Positions 35,885 through 47,899 of a DNA stretch of 64,000 nucleotides are shown here, piece by piece. Below the pieces are notes generated by a model. That model did not search any database, had not been told where the DNA came from, and saw nothing but the letters and a program-made list of their open reading frames with translations. Every line of letters starts with the position of its first letter. Position 1 is the first letter of the stretch. The position numbers and the translations under genes are program-made. Where the stretch lies: NCBI GenBank assembly GCA_964036045.1, contig OZ038379.1, positions 3,100,001 through 3,164,000 of the forward strand, in the 5' to 3' direction. The DNA is from Eutreptiella sp. 'Long Island Sound 2002' (taxonomy: Eukaryota > Protista > Euglenida).

Positions 35885-36318
35885 GCTGCAAGGGGCGAGC
35901 ACAAGTACAAAAACTCCTCAGACAAACACGGCCATGCCCATGAGGCTAGTGCAAACAAACAATGCAACAGTAGACAGGATGTTCTGGTGGCCCAAAGTCG
36001 GGCTGATTGCCCTCGGCACGCAAATACATAATGACAACAACGACATTTCATCATCGGTAGGCATCTGTGGTCCCGGGCACACACCATATTCGACCCCTGG
36101 CGCCCATGGATCCTGTCCACTCTCGTTTTGTGTGGCACCAGACCCGCCTTTCGTTTCCATACCAAACTCAACCTGATTTATGTCAAAAATACACTGACTA
36201 TGCGTTCACACAGGGCCTTACGTCCAGTATATGTGTCGCTCGCCACAGAGCACTCACACTGGCACCACAAATCAATGGTACTGCACAGCATGCGCAGAAA
36301 CATCCTGAGATGAAACCA
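35885..36318 (-). repeat. Block B', 5' terminal repeat (pseudo-LTR), 434 bp
   Basis: Same sequence as 28446-28879; abuts block A' directly. Confidence 0.96.
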
Positions 36319-37477
36319 TGCAGCGGCAGTTGGAGTTGGACGGATGCGGCTGGGGCGTAACTGACTTGCTGTTGGGTGTGGGACCTCCCCGCGCTTCACG
36401 CGCAGCCCTGCTGACTGTTAGGGGCCTTTGCGAGACAAACGTGATCGTGCACCGCCACAACGTGGACCGAGTTGCTTGAGATGTCGGGAGGGATGTATCA
36501 GAAGAGAGGAAGGGGGGGGCGGATTTGGCAGCCAAATGTGTGTGTACCCAAAATGGCCCGACAAGATTTTCCCAATGGTAAATTTCGGTTTTTTCCACTG
36601 TGGTCACTTTGGTCGGGGGGGGGGGGGGGGTGAGGTTCCAGGGGGGGGGGGGGGCATTCTAAGATGTCCCTGGACGTCGGGAAATGCCAGTTTCAAGCCA
36701 ATCAGAAAAAAAAGCCCCGAATGTGCAGAATGGGCCAGGCCTACTCTCTACATGACCCTGAGCTACGGCTTGGAGTGAATGCTCGGTTCCTTCATGAACT
36801 CCTTCATTCGAAGCAGGTCGATGTCGTCGGGCATCTGCCCTTTGACCCCGGGCATGGTGAGGGAGGACCAGCCTCTCTCGCGGATCATGCGCAGCCACTG
36901 GTTGTACACCACGTCCTTGACCTCGGCACTGGGCCCCACTTTGTCGTCCAGGGCCTTCAGCACTTGCCGGTTTCTCTGCTCCAAGTGCCTCATGGTGAAC
37001 TCGTGCACGGCGCGCTCCACGGCGAGCTGCTTGGCCGACAGCGCGACGGCGGGGGCGACTTTGGGCTTCGTGTCGCGGATGGTCACATCCACCTTGACGT
37101 CCTCGGTGGGCTGCTGCTTCGGCACCGTGTGCTTCGGCGTCTCATGGAACACGAGGCGCCGGGTCATCTGCTTCCAAGCATCTCTTCCATGCTTCGAGGC
37201 CATATCCCAGATACAGTGGCTATGGCAAAGGAACAAAGAGCGGGGGGGGCTTGCCCGGGCGCCGGGAAAAGCGGTCACAACAGTGCCTGGCGTCGCAGGG
37301 TCTCCCCAGAGACTGAAGGCGGCATCAGTCGCAGTGGGTTGTGTCGCTCGTTTGACATGCACCAACTAGGTTGGCGCCACATGCACACACACCCATGTAC
37401 GTCCAATCGTCAACTCCAGAAGACATTTCCCCATTCAACACATTCAGGCACGTAGATAGGCAGGCACATGCGCATAC
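36319..37477. repeat. Block A' (1159 bp), right copy of the flanking duplication
   Basis: Matches 27288-28445; continues without a break into the CAGACAGG-rich tract at 37478+. Confidence 0.97.
36763..37182 (-). CDS. Second copy of the putative host exon
   Basis: Translation identical to the 27731-28333 ORF. Confidence 0.5.
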   Translation of the reverse strand, partial: DAWKQMTRRLVFHETPKHTVPKQQPTEDVKVDVTIRDTKPKVAPAVALSAKQLAVERAVHEFTMRHLEQRNRQVLKALDDKVGPSAEVKDVVYNQWLRMIRERGWSSLTMPGVKGQMPDDIDLLRMKEFMKEPSIHSKP

Positions 37478-37640
37478 ATCAGCCGATAGGTACATAGACG
37501 GGCAGACAGGCACATAGGTATGCACCGGCACATAGACAGGCCGGCAGGCACATACAGGCACACAGACCACGTAGACAGGCAGTAGACAGGCAGACAGGCA
37601 GACGGACAGGACCAGACAGCCACACAGACAGGACTGGGGA
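37478..37640. repeat. Low-complexity CAGACAGGCA-like tract
   Basis: Degenerate short repeats visible in sequence. Confidence 0.8.
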
Positions 37641-38579
37641 TGGATTTCAAGAAGTCATTAGCACGAGTAATCAATGAGTGACTGCACAGACAGGCAGCAG
37701 AACCCCTTCAGTCATTCGCCATGGGTAGCACTCCGAAGCATGCTTTCAGCCCACAGCATCTGCAGTCTATGCGACTCGGATTACGAGGTGACAGAAAGTA
37801 CGTTCGGTCAACTTGAGGGGTTGCATTGCAACCAAACGTCGTTTTGATTTTCCCCAGGACCAATACCTATTGCATGAGGGTGCCTGAGGTCGCGGGCAGG
37901 TCGCGGGGCAGGTCGCGGGGCGGACGCGGGGCGCGGTCATTGAAGGGGGCACCAGAAATTGGCCACTTACCAGCCCCTTTGGCCCCAAAATGCACAATTT
38001 ACCCCCAAGGGCGGACGCGGGGCAGGCACCCTCCATGGTCAAGGGTCAAGCAACGTGACTTTCTCGATGCCCAAATCCCTGTGCTTGTCCTTGTCCTCGT
38101 GCCAACTGGCATAATTGATTGATTGTCAACCACACCGGTTGGCCCTCTAGGGACTGCGTTGTCGGTCGACAGTACGATGCAAGGATGGAGAGAAGAGCAA
38201 GAAGAGCAGGGAGGGGGAGGTTTTAGGCGGATATTTGCACACGGCACCTGCACAGCACTTGGTTAGGGTTAGGGTTATCCCATCCAGTTACAATTTAGCA
38301 GGGTAGAATGGTTTTCGCTCTGTTCTCAACAACATGAAATAGCCTCATCATGGACAAACCAGCCCCCAATAGCTTCTTCAACACTAGGGCATACCGACAC
38401 TACAACTAGGACTTTTCTCGAGCATAGACGGACAGACAAACAAAAAGCAGACAAACAGATGGAGTGAGTCTAGCTACAAATTAGCAACTTGTTGTCGTTG
38501 AGGCAGTCCAATGCAACTATTCGAACACGCCCAAGCTATTCAAAGCCCACTGAGAGGGCGAAAGTGCAGATCGCGCAAT

Positions 38580-39097
38580 TATATCCGGGGCATGGGCCCG
38601 AGGATATCGGCAGATATCCGGGGCATATGACCCGGGATACAGCAGCGGTGATATCCTGGTGTGTACCATGTGTCTTGTGCCAAGCTCAGGTTTCCTCCGA
38701 AGTTTGGTTCCTGGGCCTGCGAATCTTGTGTCACCAACATGATTGGCTCCCAATAAGAATTGGGCCTAATGCCCCGGATATCTGTGCTGTGTCCCGGGGC
38801 ATATTCCGCTTTTACCTCACCTTCCTCCTTGTCAGGGTCGTGGTAGCGCGAAAGAATGTGGGCAGCCTTTTCAACCCTCTCCTTGTCTTTGCGGTGATTT
38901 TGGGTAGAATAGCGGTTTTTTCGGTTAAAAAGTGGAAATCGTTGCTAACAGGCTCATTGGAACCGCCTCGGAAAGGCGGCTTCATTGATTGGTCACAACC
39001 CTAGGTGATTTTGTTGTTCGCGGTGGTTAAATCTACAAGTTTGATGATTTGCTACATGCCCCGGGGATATCAGCAGATATCCGGGGCATATGACCGT
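38580..39097. repeat. Cluster of GATATCCGGGGCAT(A) motifs, possibly subterminal repeats of a decayed element
   Basis: GATATC..GCAGATATCCGGGGCATATGACC at ~38603 and ~39068; inverted copy near 38770. Confidence 0.55.
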
Positions 39098-39589
39098 TTG
39101 CCACCAACTGCATTCTTCTTAATGGCATAATCATAACGATAACATTGCATTTCCTTTTTCACTTGCACTTCCTTTTTCACCTTTTTTTGGGTTGCTCTTC
39201 AAATGCAGCCGAGATGAGATCAATGATCATCTTTGCAGAGGATGGAGAGGGTGTCCCATCCTTCCGTTTCTTCTCTGCTTAAACAAGATTGAGGGAAACT
39301 TCACAATTTTGCTACTGACACCCTTTTTTCATGTTCACGTTTTTTTTGCATCGTATGCATTGTATGCATGACATCACCAGCCACAACGATGACATCAGCA
39401 CTTCAAAAAAAGGTTCGGGTAAAAACCATTTTTGATGAAAAAAGGGTTGATTGCGACAAGCTTTTTGCGACCAGGCACACCATTTTGGAAAGTTGACATG
39501 GGATATCCGCACACATCCATGGGATATGCCACAAGATATCACGGCTGCGATATCCTGTGGCTTATACCATGGATATCTGCGGCCTCATG

Positions 39590-40290
39590 CCTATGCCATG
39601 TGAAGGTGACCGGCTTGTGTCCAGGCACGGGACATCTTTCGGTTGGTAAGACTTTCATGATGGCACTGGCCATCTTGGCATCTGCCAGAATACCATCAAT
39701 TCTGGTTGGTTTCTGTTTGATGGAGCCATTGTGGTACGAGCACTGGCAGTCTTGTCCCGTGGTCCGTGCATGCAAGAGGTCGACATCCACAATGCGCCCC
39801 GACAGCAGCTCTGGATAAAAAGTGCCACTGCCCCCCCACCCCGTGCACCACCACCAAAAACTATGTAGGTGCACCACGTTGCAACGTTTCTCGCGGTTCC
39901 CTGGGATGGGAATGAAGGACACAGAAAGTGCACCAAAATCGTCACCTCCGACAACCCCTCCACAAGAACCTAACAACAAAATTCCATTCCAATGCCACAA
40001 CTACAATTCAAAGCAAATACTTTGGGCGTTTGGACAGTCCTCTTGACTACTCAATGCCACGCTGAGGTGCCGTGTTAAGGAGGAAAAGCCCCTTGAGTTC
40101 TCTTTGCCACCCAATAGTGACAACTCCTCACTAGTTTTCTTGGGATTGCTTTTGGACTTTTTAGCCATAACAACACTAGACTTGATTGAGCCCACACTTG
40201 ATCAATGGGTTTGGTTTCATGCCACTGGTTTACGCCTATCCGTTTGTTTTGCAGCTTAGTTGCATGAGCACAAGTCCAAGCTGCAAAACG
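39590..40290 (-). pseudogene. Degenerate APE-type endonuclease of a non-LTR retrotransposon
   Basis: Motifs in correct order: IGVNQWHETK (~QET), NSRGFSSL (~SRGVA), GGDDFGA (~GDFNA), TRIDGIL (~SRID), GHKPV (~SDHxPV); frameshifted. Confidence 0.65.
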
Positions 40291-41244
40291 CAAGAGGAAG
40301 GTTGCACCATTTGCCCGACGTGGGCCCATAGGGACCAAGTTCAGACATTTTGTTAGAGACTCTTGGTCGCCTTTTGCATGGGAAATTGTGTGCCCGGCAC
40401 TGCAAGTGCCACATGCTTTGGTCCCCATTCCAATAGTAGGGACTTGAAGAAGCCCAACATACTTGTCAAAGGAGTCGGTGTGTCCCGACTTAAGGTAATA
40501 CGTGCCAGCAAGACAAAAATCGTATGAATGGAGCAATCCTTTTTGCTAGCTAGGAAACATGAACCGCTTGTTGGTGGCTCCTCTTTGGCTAAAAAACGAT
40601 TTTTGACGTGCGTGATTTCCCTCGAACCGTAACCGGGCGCCAGATGACCCATTGTGTACACTATGCAAAGCAAGACAAGCATGGGCTCAGCAGTGTCAAG
40701 ATAGCATAATCTCTAGAACAATGCAGGTGTGTGGGACACAAACACACTCCCCACACTCCACACACTTCCATCAAAAAGCAACACATTTGAATGCAACCTA
40801 CAAAGGTGATCGAGGGAGGTCGATGATGGAGCAAAATGGCGTTGTGCTCAACGTGTGCCAAAATGTGTGGAATCGCACTTTGACATGTCCGCCAAAAGTG
40901 GACATCACGAATTGCCAATTGTTGTCCATTGTGGTGTTAGTGTTACCATGGCGCAAACCACATTGTTCATGAGCGGCTTGACATGTCACCCGACAACGTT
41001 TATGGGAACTGCAGTGTGGCATGGGATGCAGTTTGGGAGGAGAGCTTATTACGGAGCCTATTCAACCTTTTCACGACCTTGCCTTTGTGACCCTTCGTTG
41101 ATGCAACGATTACTTGCACGAGCATAATCTCGGTTGTGCTCCCAACTCGGGCGATGGTCTAACCACTGTTGTCACTTATCACACCACACTTCCTCGGGTG
41201 CGAAGAGCACCTTTGCTGGGCCCATGACCCACCCGGCTTTTCCA

Positions 41245-41310
41245 ATCAAAAAAATTTTCCAATCAAAAGTTTTTTTCCAATCAAAAAATTTTTCCAATCA
41301 AAAATTTTCC
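41245..41310. repeat. Short tandem repeat TTTTCCAATCAAAA x4
   Basis: Read directly from sequence. Confidence 0.85.
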
Positions 41311-41611
41311 CCACAGTGTTCAGTGCACTCGGTATCCAGGTAGAAGCAAGGAATGGCCTTAAATCCCCTTGGCCAGCAAACACGGAGCTACTGATGTGCT
41401 ACAAAAGCACGCGTTCCGGTGCCACAAGCGCCCTCATCAGCTCTGCATTGTACACCAGAATATGCAGAAGAGCCACAGAATATTCATAGGGCAAAAATCG
41501 AAAGGAAATCGCAAAGAACGAACGAGTCACATTTCAAAAGCTACATTCGCTCCATCAATTACCCACGGCACACAATGGTCTATGCGACAGACGTCTTCGC
41601 GGTAGGGCCTA

Positions 41612-42403
41612 CTCTAGTGTCCAAAATACAAGACCGGTAACTAATAAGAGACCGGGGTGGGTTTTGGGAGGCCTTGCACGCGCACCTCATGTTGGCAACC
41701 GGGTTCCTAATAAGAGACCGGGTGGTCACCGAAGGAGAGACGAGCACCCAAGCATGGAAGGCATGAGCAACAACACAAGAAACAACGATTCGTGAAACTA
41801 CATCAACCTCGGCCGCTTGGCGGAGTTCTCATCTTGCACGTGACCTTGAGAAAATAGAGCAAACACATCCGGAGGCAATATGAATCCGGGAGGAAGCGGA
41901 GGCAACTCCGGCAAGGGAGAGAAGTGGTTATTGATAGGTACCATGGAACCCATAGCCCGGGGCTTGGGCTTGCCTCTACCAAGTCTAGGACTTGGCTTTG
42001 GTTTTGGCTTTGGGGCCACATTGGCGGGGGGTCGCGCAAGGTCGCTTGAGCTTGAGGAAGCAACATCTTGTGATGCTTGTGCATTCACTAGAGTGGATGC
42101 CTCCCCCGTAGCGCGCTCATACTTTATAAGCTTGACATAGCCATCACGCAATACTTGCTGCAACTTGTGAGCGCATCCAACCATATAAAAAGGCAATTTA
42201 TTCCTCGTTTGGATTGCAAAGCGAGACAATCGCCAGATCGATCTGGCAGCGCAGCGCAGCGCACAGCGTCAAGGTTTGGGGCCACCGGGAATCGAACCGG
42301 TGAAGCCTCGGATCGGCGACCAGGTTCCCAATAAGAGACCAGGGCCGGCTCAAAACCCCAAAATCGTGTATCAGACCAGGGACTTGTATTTTGGACACTG
42401 GGG
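41612..42403. mobile_element. Non-autonomous TIR element, TA TSD (Tc1/mariner/pogo-like), 792 bp
   Basis: TA|CTCTAGTGTCCAAAATACAAG ... CTTGTATTTTGGACACTGGGG|TA (21-bp TIR, 2 mismatches); AATAAGAGACC subterminal repeats x3. Confidence 0.85.
41798..42229 (-). CDS. Small cargo ORF (143 aa) with PK-rich linker and C-terminal KRPR (NLS-like)
   Basis: Uninterrupted ORF inside the TIR element; no recognisable family. Confidence 0.35.
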   Translation of the reverse strand: MSRFAIQTRNKLPFYMVGCAHKLQQVLRDGYVKLIKYERATGEASTLVNAQASQDVASSSSSDLARPPANVAPKPKPKPSPRLGRGKPKPRAMGSMVPINNHFSPLPELPPLPPGFILPPDVFALFSQGHVQDENSAKRPRLM

Positions 42404-43474
42404 TAGCGCAAATTTTTGTCGTTCAGCAAAAATTGACAAATTTTCTGGAAGATTTTAACATCGTAACCATCACCAAACTAATTGTCCAGCGATCTATTAT
42501 CCAGTTCATGGTCGAATGCCGTTATGTCGCTTGATTTCACTAATCTATGTATGTTGATTTGTCGAGTTCATCATGAACTGTGGGACGAAGCCTTTGGGAC
42601 CTGTCTCCTTGGCACCTTGTAATGCTAAATGCTAGCACAATCATGGTGCATTGCAACATTGGGTTGCATAAAAAAAAAGTTGGCGACACATTTCACACAC
42701 TTGGTCACTTATGTATAGCTGTGCCATGAAATCCTAATTGGGACATTCAATGTTTAGGTTTTGCTCTGGTGGACCGTTGTTCTATGTTCTCGTAGCCACA
42801 AAGAGGCAAAAAGTGGCCTAGTACATGTGCTTGACTCTTTCTTCTTCAACATTGAAATCAATGCACTTCTTTTGAATGGTTTTGGTGCTTTCCTATGTGT
42901 GTTGATGTTGCCTTGGTAAGTCACTGACACCTTGAGCCACACTTTCAGCAGCAGTTTGCACTGTTTTTTGTGGGTCCCCTCCCAAGTGCCGTAGCGCAAA
43001 ACTGGGGCCGTTTTGGGCCCAAGTGTGGGAGGGGGCCAAAATTCTCTCGGAGTGGAGCTGCGCTTTGCAAAAAAAAAACGAACATGTTACGAGACGGTGG
43101 CGGGGCCCTACAAACCTTGGGGTCCACTTAGGCCCAAGCGTGCCTTCGTGCAGCCGTTGCGTTATCTGCGGTCCCGTTGAGCACCGCATGCGTCAGAAAT
43201 CTGAAAGCTTAATTATTTCAAACCCTGCATTGCACAAGAAGGTTGTGTATGCACTCGAATTGCCGTTTATACCCCAAGAAATACCGAGCCTTAGACTAAA
43301 GCATGAGATCAAAGGTATGAAGCTTTACTCTGAGCGCATGTAGATAAACTTCCAGAAATGAAGCCGAGATTGCGCCCAAAAAGTGGGAAGAGGGCAATGG
43401 CCTTCATAAGCTCGTAACATATATGGCGCCCAAAGAGGCGGGGTTCTCATTTTTAAGCACTCGGCGTGGTGATA

Positions 43475-44906
43475 CCCCCCCCCCCCGTGACTGTAGACCC
43501 GGGTCTTATAATTTTTTTCCCCTGAGCAATGTCAGGTGGGTCGTATATAGTGGTCCTTTTGAAGTGGGTCTTATACTTCATTGATCCGGAGCACACTGTG
43601 ACCTGTTTTCCCAGCCACCAAAGAATGCCGGTTTCGGTGAGGCAACTTTTATCCATTTTTATATTTTTCAACCGAAAAAAACTGTTTTTGGGGGCAATGA
43701 CATCATCATTATGTCACCACAAGTTTTCACATAATGAATTGAAACATTGATTCCAGAATGGCGCGCAGATTTTTTGGACGGACATCAACGTGGCCGAATG
43801 GAATTTCTTGTGTTGTGGCACAGCCTTGAGGGGAGATTGCCGTTGGATGACGATAGCGAGGAATCCGAGCATCCGGATGAGGGAGATGATACGGATGGTG
43901 ATGGTGATGATGAAGATGATAATGAAGACAATGCCAATGCAGAAATTGACATTCAAAGTGCCAATGAGAGTAACGATGACTCCGATGGCGCTGCTATGGA
44001 TCCCGAGCACCGTGAAAAGCCTGATGGCATTCTATTTAAGAAAGCAATGGAGTTGAATGGGCAAGCGGGAAGTCCTCGCTTGCAAGCTTGCTTGAAGCGC
44101 TACGTTCGCCTGAAGGAAAATGAAAATAAGGTGAAGGTTCGCCGTCTTGATCCACCTTCCGAGGTTCCCAATGTTGTTGATTCAGAACTTGATATCCAAC
44201 CAAACCCTTTTCCTCTAGATCCAAGGCCTAATATCCATTCAAGCGCAATGGACCTTGAGTAAGAATTAGAGGTGGCCGCGGTTGAGGATGGCGATGGGGG
44301 TGGGGATGAGGATGGGGTAGAGGATGAGGATGAAGAGTACGAAGCAGAGCAGATTGTTTCGAAGAAGGTTCATCGTGGCAAAGCATTGTATTTGGTTCGT
44401 TGGAAGGGCTATGGTGAGGACGATGATTCTTGGGAGCCCCTTGAACAGTTGACAAGTTGTCGAGAGTTGGTGGCGGCTTTCGAAGAACGCGGGCGAGATC
44501 GCTCTTTGTCGCGAACCATCGGTCTTGGGCTGCGGCACTTTTAATGTGATGCCTCTCGATATTTATTCATCCATTGTGTTTGATATGCCCCCGCGGCATG
44601 TGGTATATTAATGTGTGATACTCTCGTCTCGCAAGCATTTGAGGCCAATTTGGCAAGTCAGATGACACCATCCCATCACGCAAAGCATCCAATGAATGTA
44701 TTTTGTCATTTTTTTGGGTTGGGGGTGAGGTTGAGGACAATTTAGCTTCATTTCCTTGTGCTCTGCAAAATTTTCCCGGGTGAGTCTTATATAGAGGTCT
44801 TTTTGAAGTGGGTCTTATAGCTGTCTTTGCCGAGGAGGGGTTCAAAAAAGGGGTGGGTCTTATAAATGGGGGGTTCTGGGTGGGTCTACAGTCACGGAGG
44901 GGAGAG
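43475..44906. mobile_element. Non-autonomous TIR element with poly-C tip, carrying a chromodomain ORF, ~1.43 kb
   Basis: TA|C12-GTGACTGTAGACCC ... GGGTCTACAGTCAC-GGAGGGGAGAG|TG; GGGTCTTATA-type motif ~6x in direct orientation at both ends. Confidence 0.82.
43747..44544 (+). pseudogene. Acidic protein with C-terminal chromodomain, interrupted by one in-frame TAA (44260)
   Basis: EEYEAEQIVSKKVHRGKALYLVRWKGYGEDDDSWEPLEQLTSCRELVAAFEE is a canonical chromodomain; ORFs 43747 and 44272 are in the same frame. Confidence 0.85.
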
Positions 44907-47899
44907 TGCTCTCCTCACCCCGGATTGAAAAACGCCGAAAAGTGAAATAATATGAGTTAAGATTCACCAAAGAGTATAAAGTTGCAAAACTACTCCATGG
45001 TTAGGGTAGGGCACAAGTAGGCACAAAGTCAGGACGGATGCGGTGACACCGCCGGATAAAGGGATGCTGCACAACGCATCGTATGCAGTTCAAGATTGTC
45101 AACAAAGTGAAGGAAAAAATCCGGATATCAGGAAGGTTCAAACTGTGAAATGCAGCCATTTTAGCCTGAAAACCAGCTTGGTCGCGCCATTACTACCTCA
45201 ACGCATCTTGCGCAGTGTATGGCACCAAGCGTGTGCGAGTCCATGACAGTCGAAATTTAGGTTGAAGGTCAAGTTTCCAGTTATGTATAAGCCCCTTAAA
45301 ACACTTTTTCTATGAAAACTATTCGCACATTGGATGTCACATTAGGTTGTGTATTGGTGTGTGCTTTGGTTTGGCGTCCAAAAGATGCGCAGCAGCATCC
45401 AAGCTAGAAATTAAAGTTTCAATGGTTCAAACTTGTAAAACTTTAAAAAATCGAGAGATATAGATTCAAAATTTGCCATAGGATGAGGCCACATCGACAT
45501 CCGTCGCTTGTGCACACAGACAAAAAATAGAGATCTTCAAGTTACAAGCTTATATTTCCGGAAGAAATAAAGTATGATTGGTCCGTTTTGGCCTTATCGT
45601 AGATTATACTACACCCGGAGCCCCGCCTTCGTTTTTGGAAATAAATGGCGACCGAAACACGAACAACGTAGATGGTGCCAACCGATTCTGGCCTTATTTA
45701 ACTAGCTGTCAGACTTTCACCGGGCCGAGCCAACCCCTGAACCAGTCGGTGTGTAAAGATGATTTGAAAACTGTCAGACTTTCGGCGCTTCACAAAATAG
45801 ACTGCTTTTTTTCCTCGTGGAATATCACTTCTTATTTGCCGAAAGTAGTAAGTCTGCAACGGAGGAATGTCGTGGTTTGCAAGTGCTAAGAACTGTTTTG
45901 TAGTGTTCACATGTTCCTCATAATATGGTTAGTATCGATTTTGGCTTGTTTCGAGTTTTCGACATGTGCCATTGTGCTTGCAACCAAAACTTGATGTCTC
46001 TTATCTTTTAGCTTGTTAGCATGTAAAAAGAGTTTTGTCGTGAACTGAAGCGCCACGAAGAATTTGCATGCTTTTTGGTATGTCCGAAAGGAATCGGTTA
46101 TAATTTTGAATGGCTCTTGTTTTGCATGATTCGCAGTCGTGGTTCCAATTGTAGTTTTTTAAAAACGTCGCAAATTTTTCAACGCGTGTTGAAGTGTTGG
46201 AGCATCATACGTTCGAAAATATTTACAATGCCGTTTACCCAGAGGGACACCTAGAGGCACTGAAGGCGCCACAGCTTTACCTACACGTACTTGAGGATAG
46301 TTAAATAGTTTTGGGCACCATGGGGTAAGTGTGGGTTGGATACAGAGTGCTGCGAAAAGTTGTTGGAGTAGAAATAGTTTACGTGTAAGACTTCATAAAG
46401 CCACCAAGCGACCAGGTAACCTAGGATGCGGCTCTGGAAGAAGAAAAAAGAAGAAAAAATAGCGCCGAAGGTCAGAAAAATAAAATCGACCATTCGAAAG
46501 TGATTGACAAGAACGGACTAAAGTTGTATGATGACCAAGAAAATGTCCTAGAAGCTCAAAATGAGCGAATCATTTCGTGTAGCCTTGGATCACCCAAAGT
46601 ACACAGATGGTGTTAGACTTAAAGGAACAGCCTACTGTTCATTCATGACACTCTTTTGTGCACTCTTCCCAATTGCAAGTTTTAAGGGGGGTGTTTGCAC
46701 GGTGCGCGCCTAACGCGCTACTTTTGTATTTAACCATCCCGGCTTTAATCTCACATTTACTCTACCTCATAGACTCCTAGCCGCCGCAGTTAAGCAGAGT
46801 GGACTGCAAACCTTCCGTACAAAGCACGTTGCATCAGTGTAAATAGCTAGACTCAACATCAATGTATGTCCATCATGTATTGCCGAATAAACAACTTGCT
46901 ACCTACAAGTGTGGACATCAATACATTTGCCCGATTTCCTTAATAGCACCGAAAGGTTGAATCAACGACAAAAGGTGGTTAGATTCCTCGTAGGTACCGA
47001 GACAACCGAAACGGAGCTCAGGATTCACGCTCTTGGTTGCACCTGGAGACATCATGTCACTACTACCAACAAGATTGCCTGATGCCATAGTGCAGATGGC
47101 CTAGCACTTTCCAATCGTGCTGTTGTAGTAGACTTTACACTAGGTGAAGATCATGGATTGCTACCCATTTGATGGCATGGGAACTTGCACTGTGCAACTG
47201 ATGCACAAGACGCCTTGCTTGTGGACAAGGGCTGGAGTCCCGTAGATTTTTGAACATGACCGAAACAAATTCAAAACAAGTATCTGTCCGTGTGTGCACC
47301 ATGGTCGGCCTATGTCGACCCACCATCTGAAAACATTTGAAAACAGCAACCGTTGAGCATGAAATGATGAGCCAAATTGTGCAGCCACCGAATCATGCTT
47401 GAAAACTCCCTCTCAGAGGCAAAACCACTCGTCTTTGTGCACCAAATAATGCTCGTAAACAAAGTCGGGCCCAGGAATCTGGAACTTGGGATTGACTGGG
47501 CAGGCCGCGAACGCCGCAAAAAATGAGCACTTAATGTAAGAATGGATGCGTTGGGATGGCTCATTTGTTGATCACTATGGCTGTCGGACACTGCAGCATA
47601 GGCATCTAGGTGGCACGTTATATTGTACAGAAAACGAGCAGAAAAAACCTAGCTAGATCACTCTGTGTCTCGGTTTTTTCCGCAGCAGTTGAGCGTAGGC
47701 ACGTTTTTGGGTCAGTAGCTTGGTGGTCAGACTCGAAATAAAAATGGGCCTCTGATGCACTATCAGAACTTGGAAAAAAACATGTGTAATAAGATGGGAA
47801 CTAGGATTCTTATCTGTCTGCCACTTAACCGTACACTTAGAACCCCCCACTGCGACCACCTTACGCCAATGCAAATAACCTTTGAAATTATACCCCTGG

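Larger units (their letters stand above)
28446..36318 (-). mobile_element. Penelope-like retroelement with N-terminal GIY-YIG (Naiad/Chlamys-type domain order), two ORFs, 434-bp direct terminal repeats
   Basis: GIY-YIG plus PLE-type RT in one uninterrupted ORF; terminal repeats 28446-28879 and 35885-36318 appear identical; the ORF2 stop lies inside the repeat, as expected for a pseudo-LTR. Confidence 0.88.

Noticed and set aside
35840-35925. Hammerhead ribozyme expected in a PLE pseudo-LTR (minus strand CUGAGGA ... GAAACGCGUGUA)
   Set aside because: Core words are present but stem I and stem II do not pair; GAAAC sits in a separate 8-bp hairpin (ACACGCGT/ACGCGTGT). An Infernal HHR search would settle it
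28446-36318. LTR retrotransposon
   Set aside because: Repeats lack TG...CA ends; no protease, RNase H, integrase or PBS/PPT seen; RT motifs are PLE-like
27288-37477. DIRS/Ngaro split direct repeats
   Set aside because: Order is A-B-core-B-A, not A1-core-B1-A2-B2; no tyrosine recombinase or RNase H motifs seen; GIY-YIG present
38264-38278. TTAGGG telomeric repeat
   Set aside because: Only ~2.5 units; too short to call an interstitial telomere
45000-46260. Possible pogo/Tc1 transposase remnant on the minus strand (YDAPTLQHALKNL; LLDAKPKH)
   Set aside because: Many stops and only vague resemblance to HTH_psq or DDE motifs; not supportable by eye
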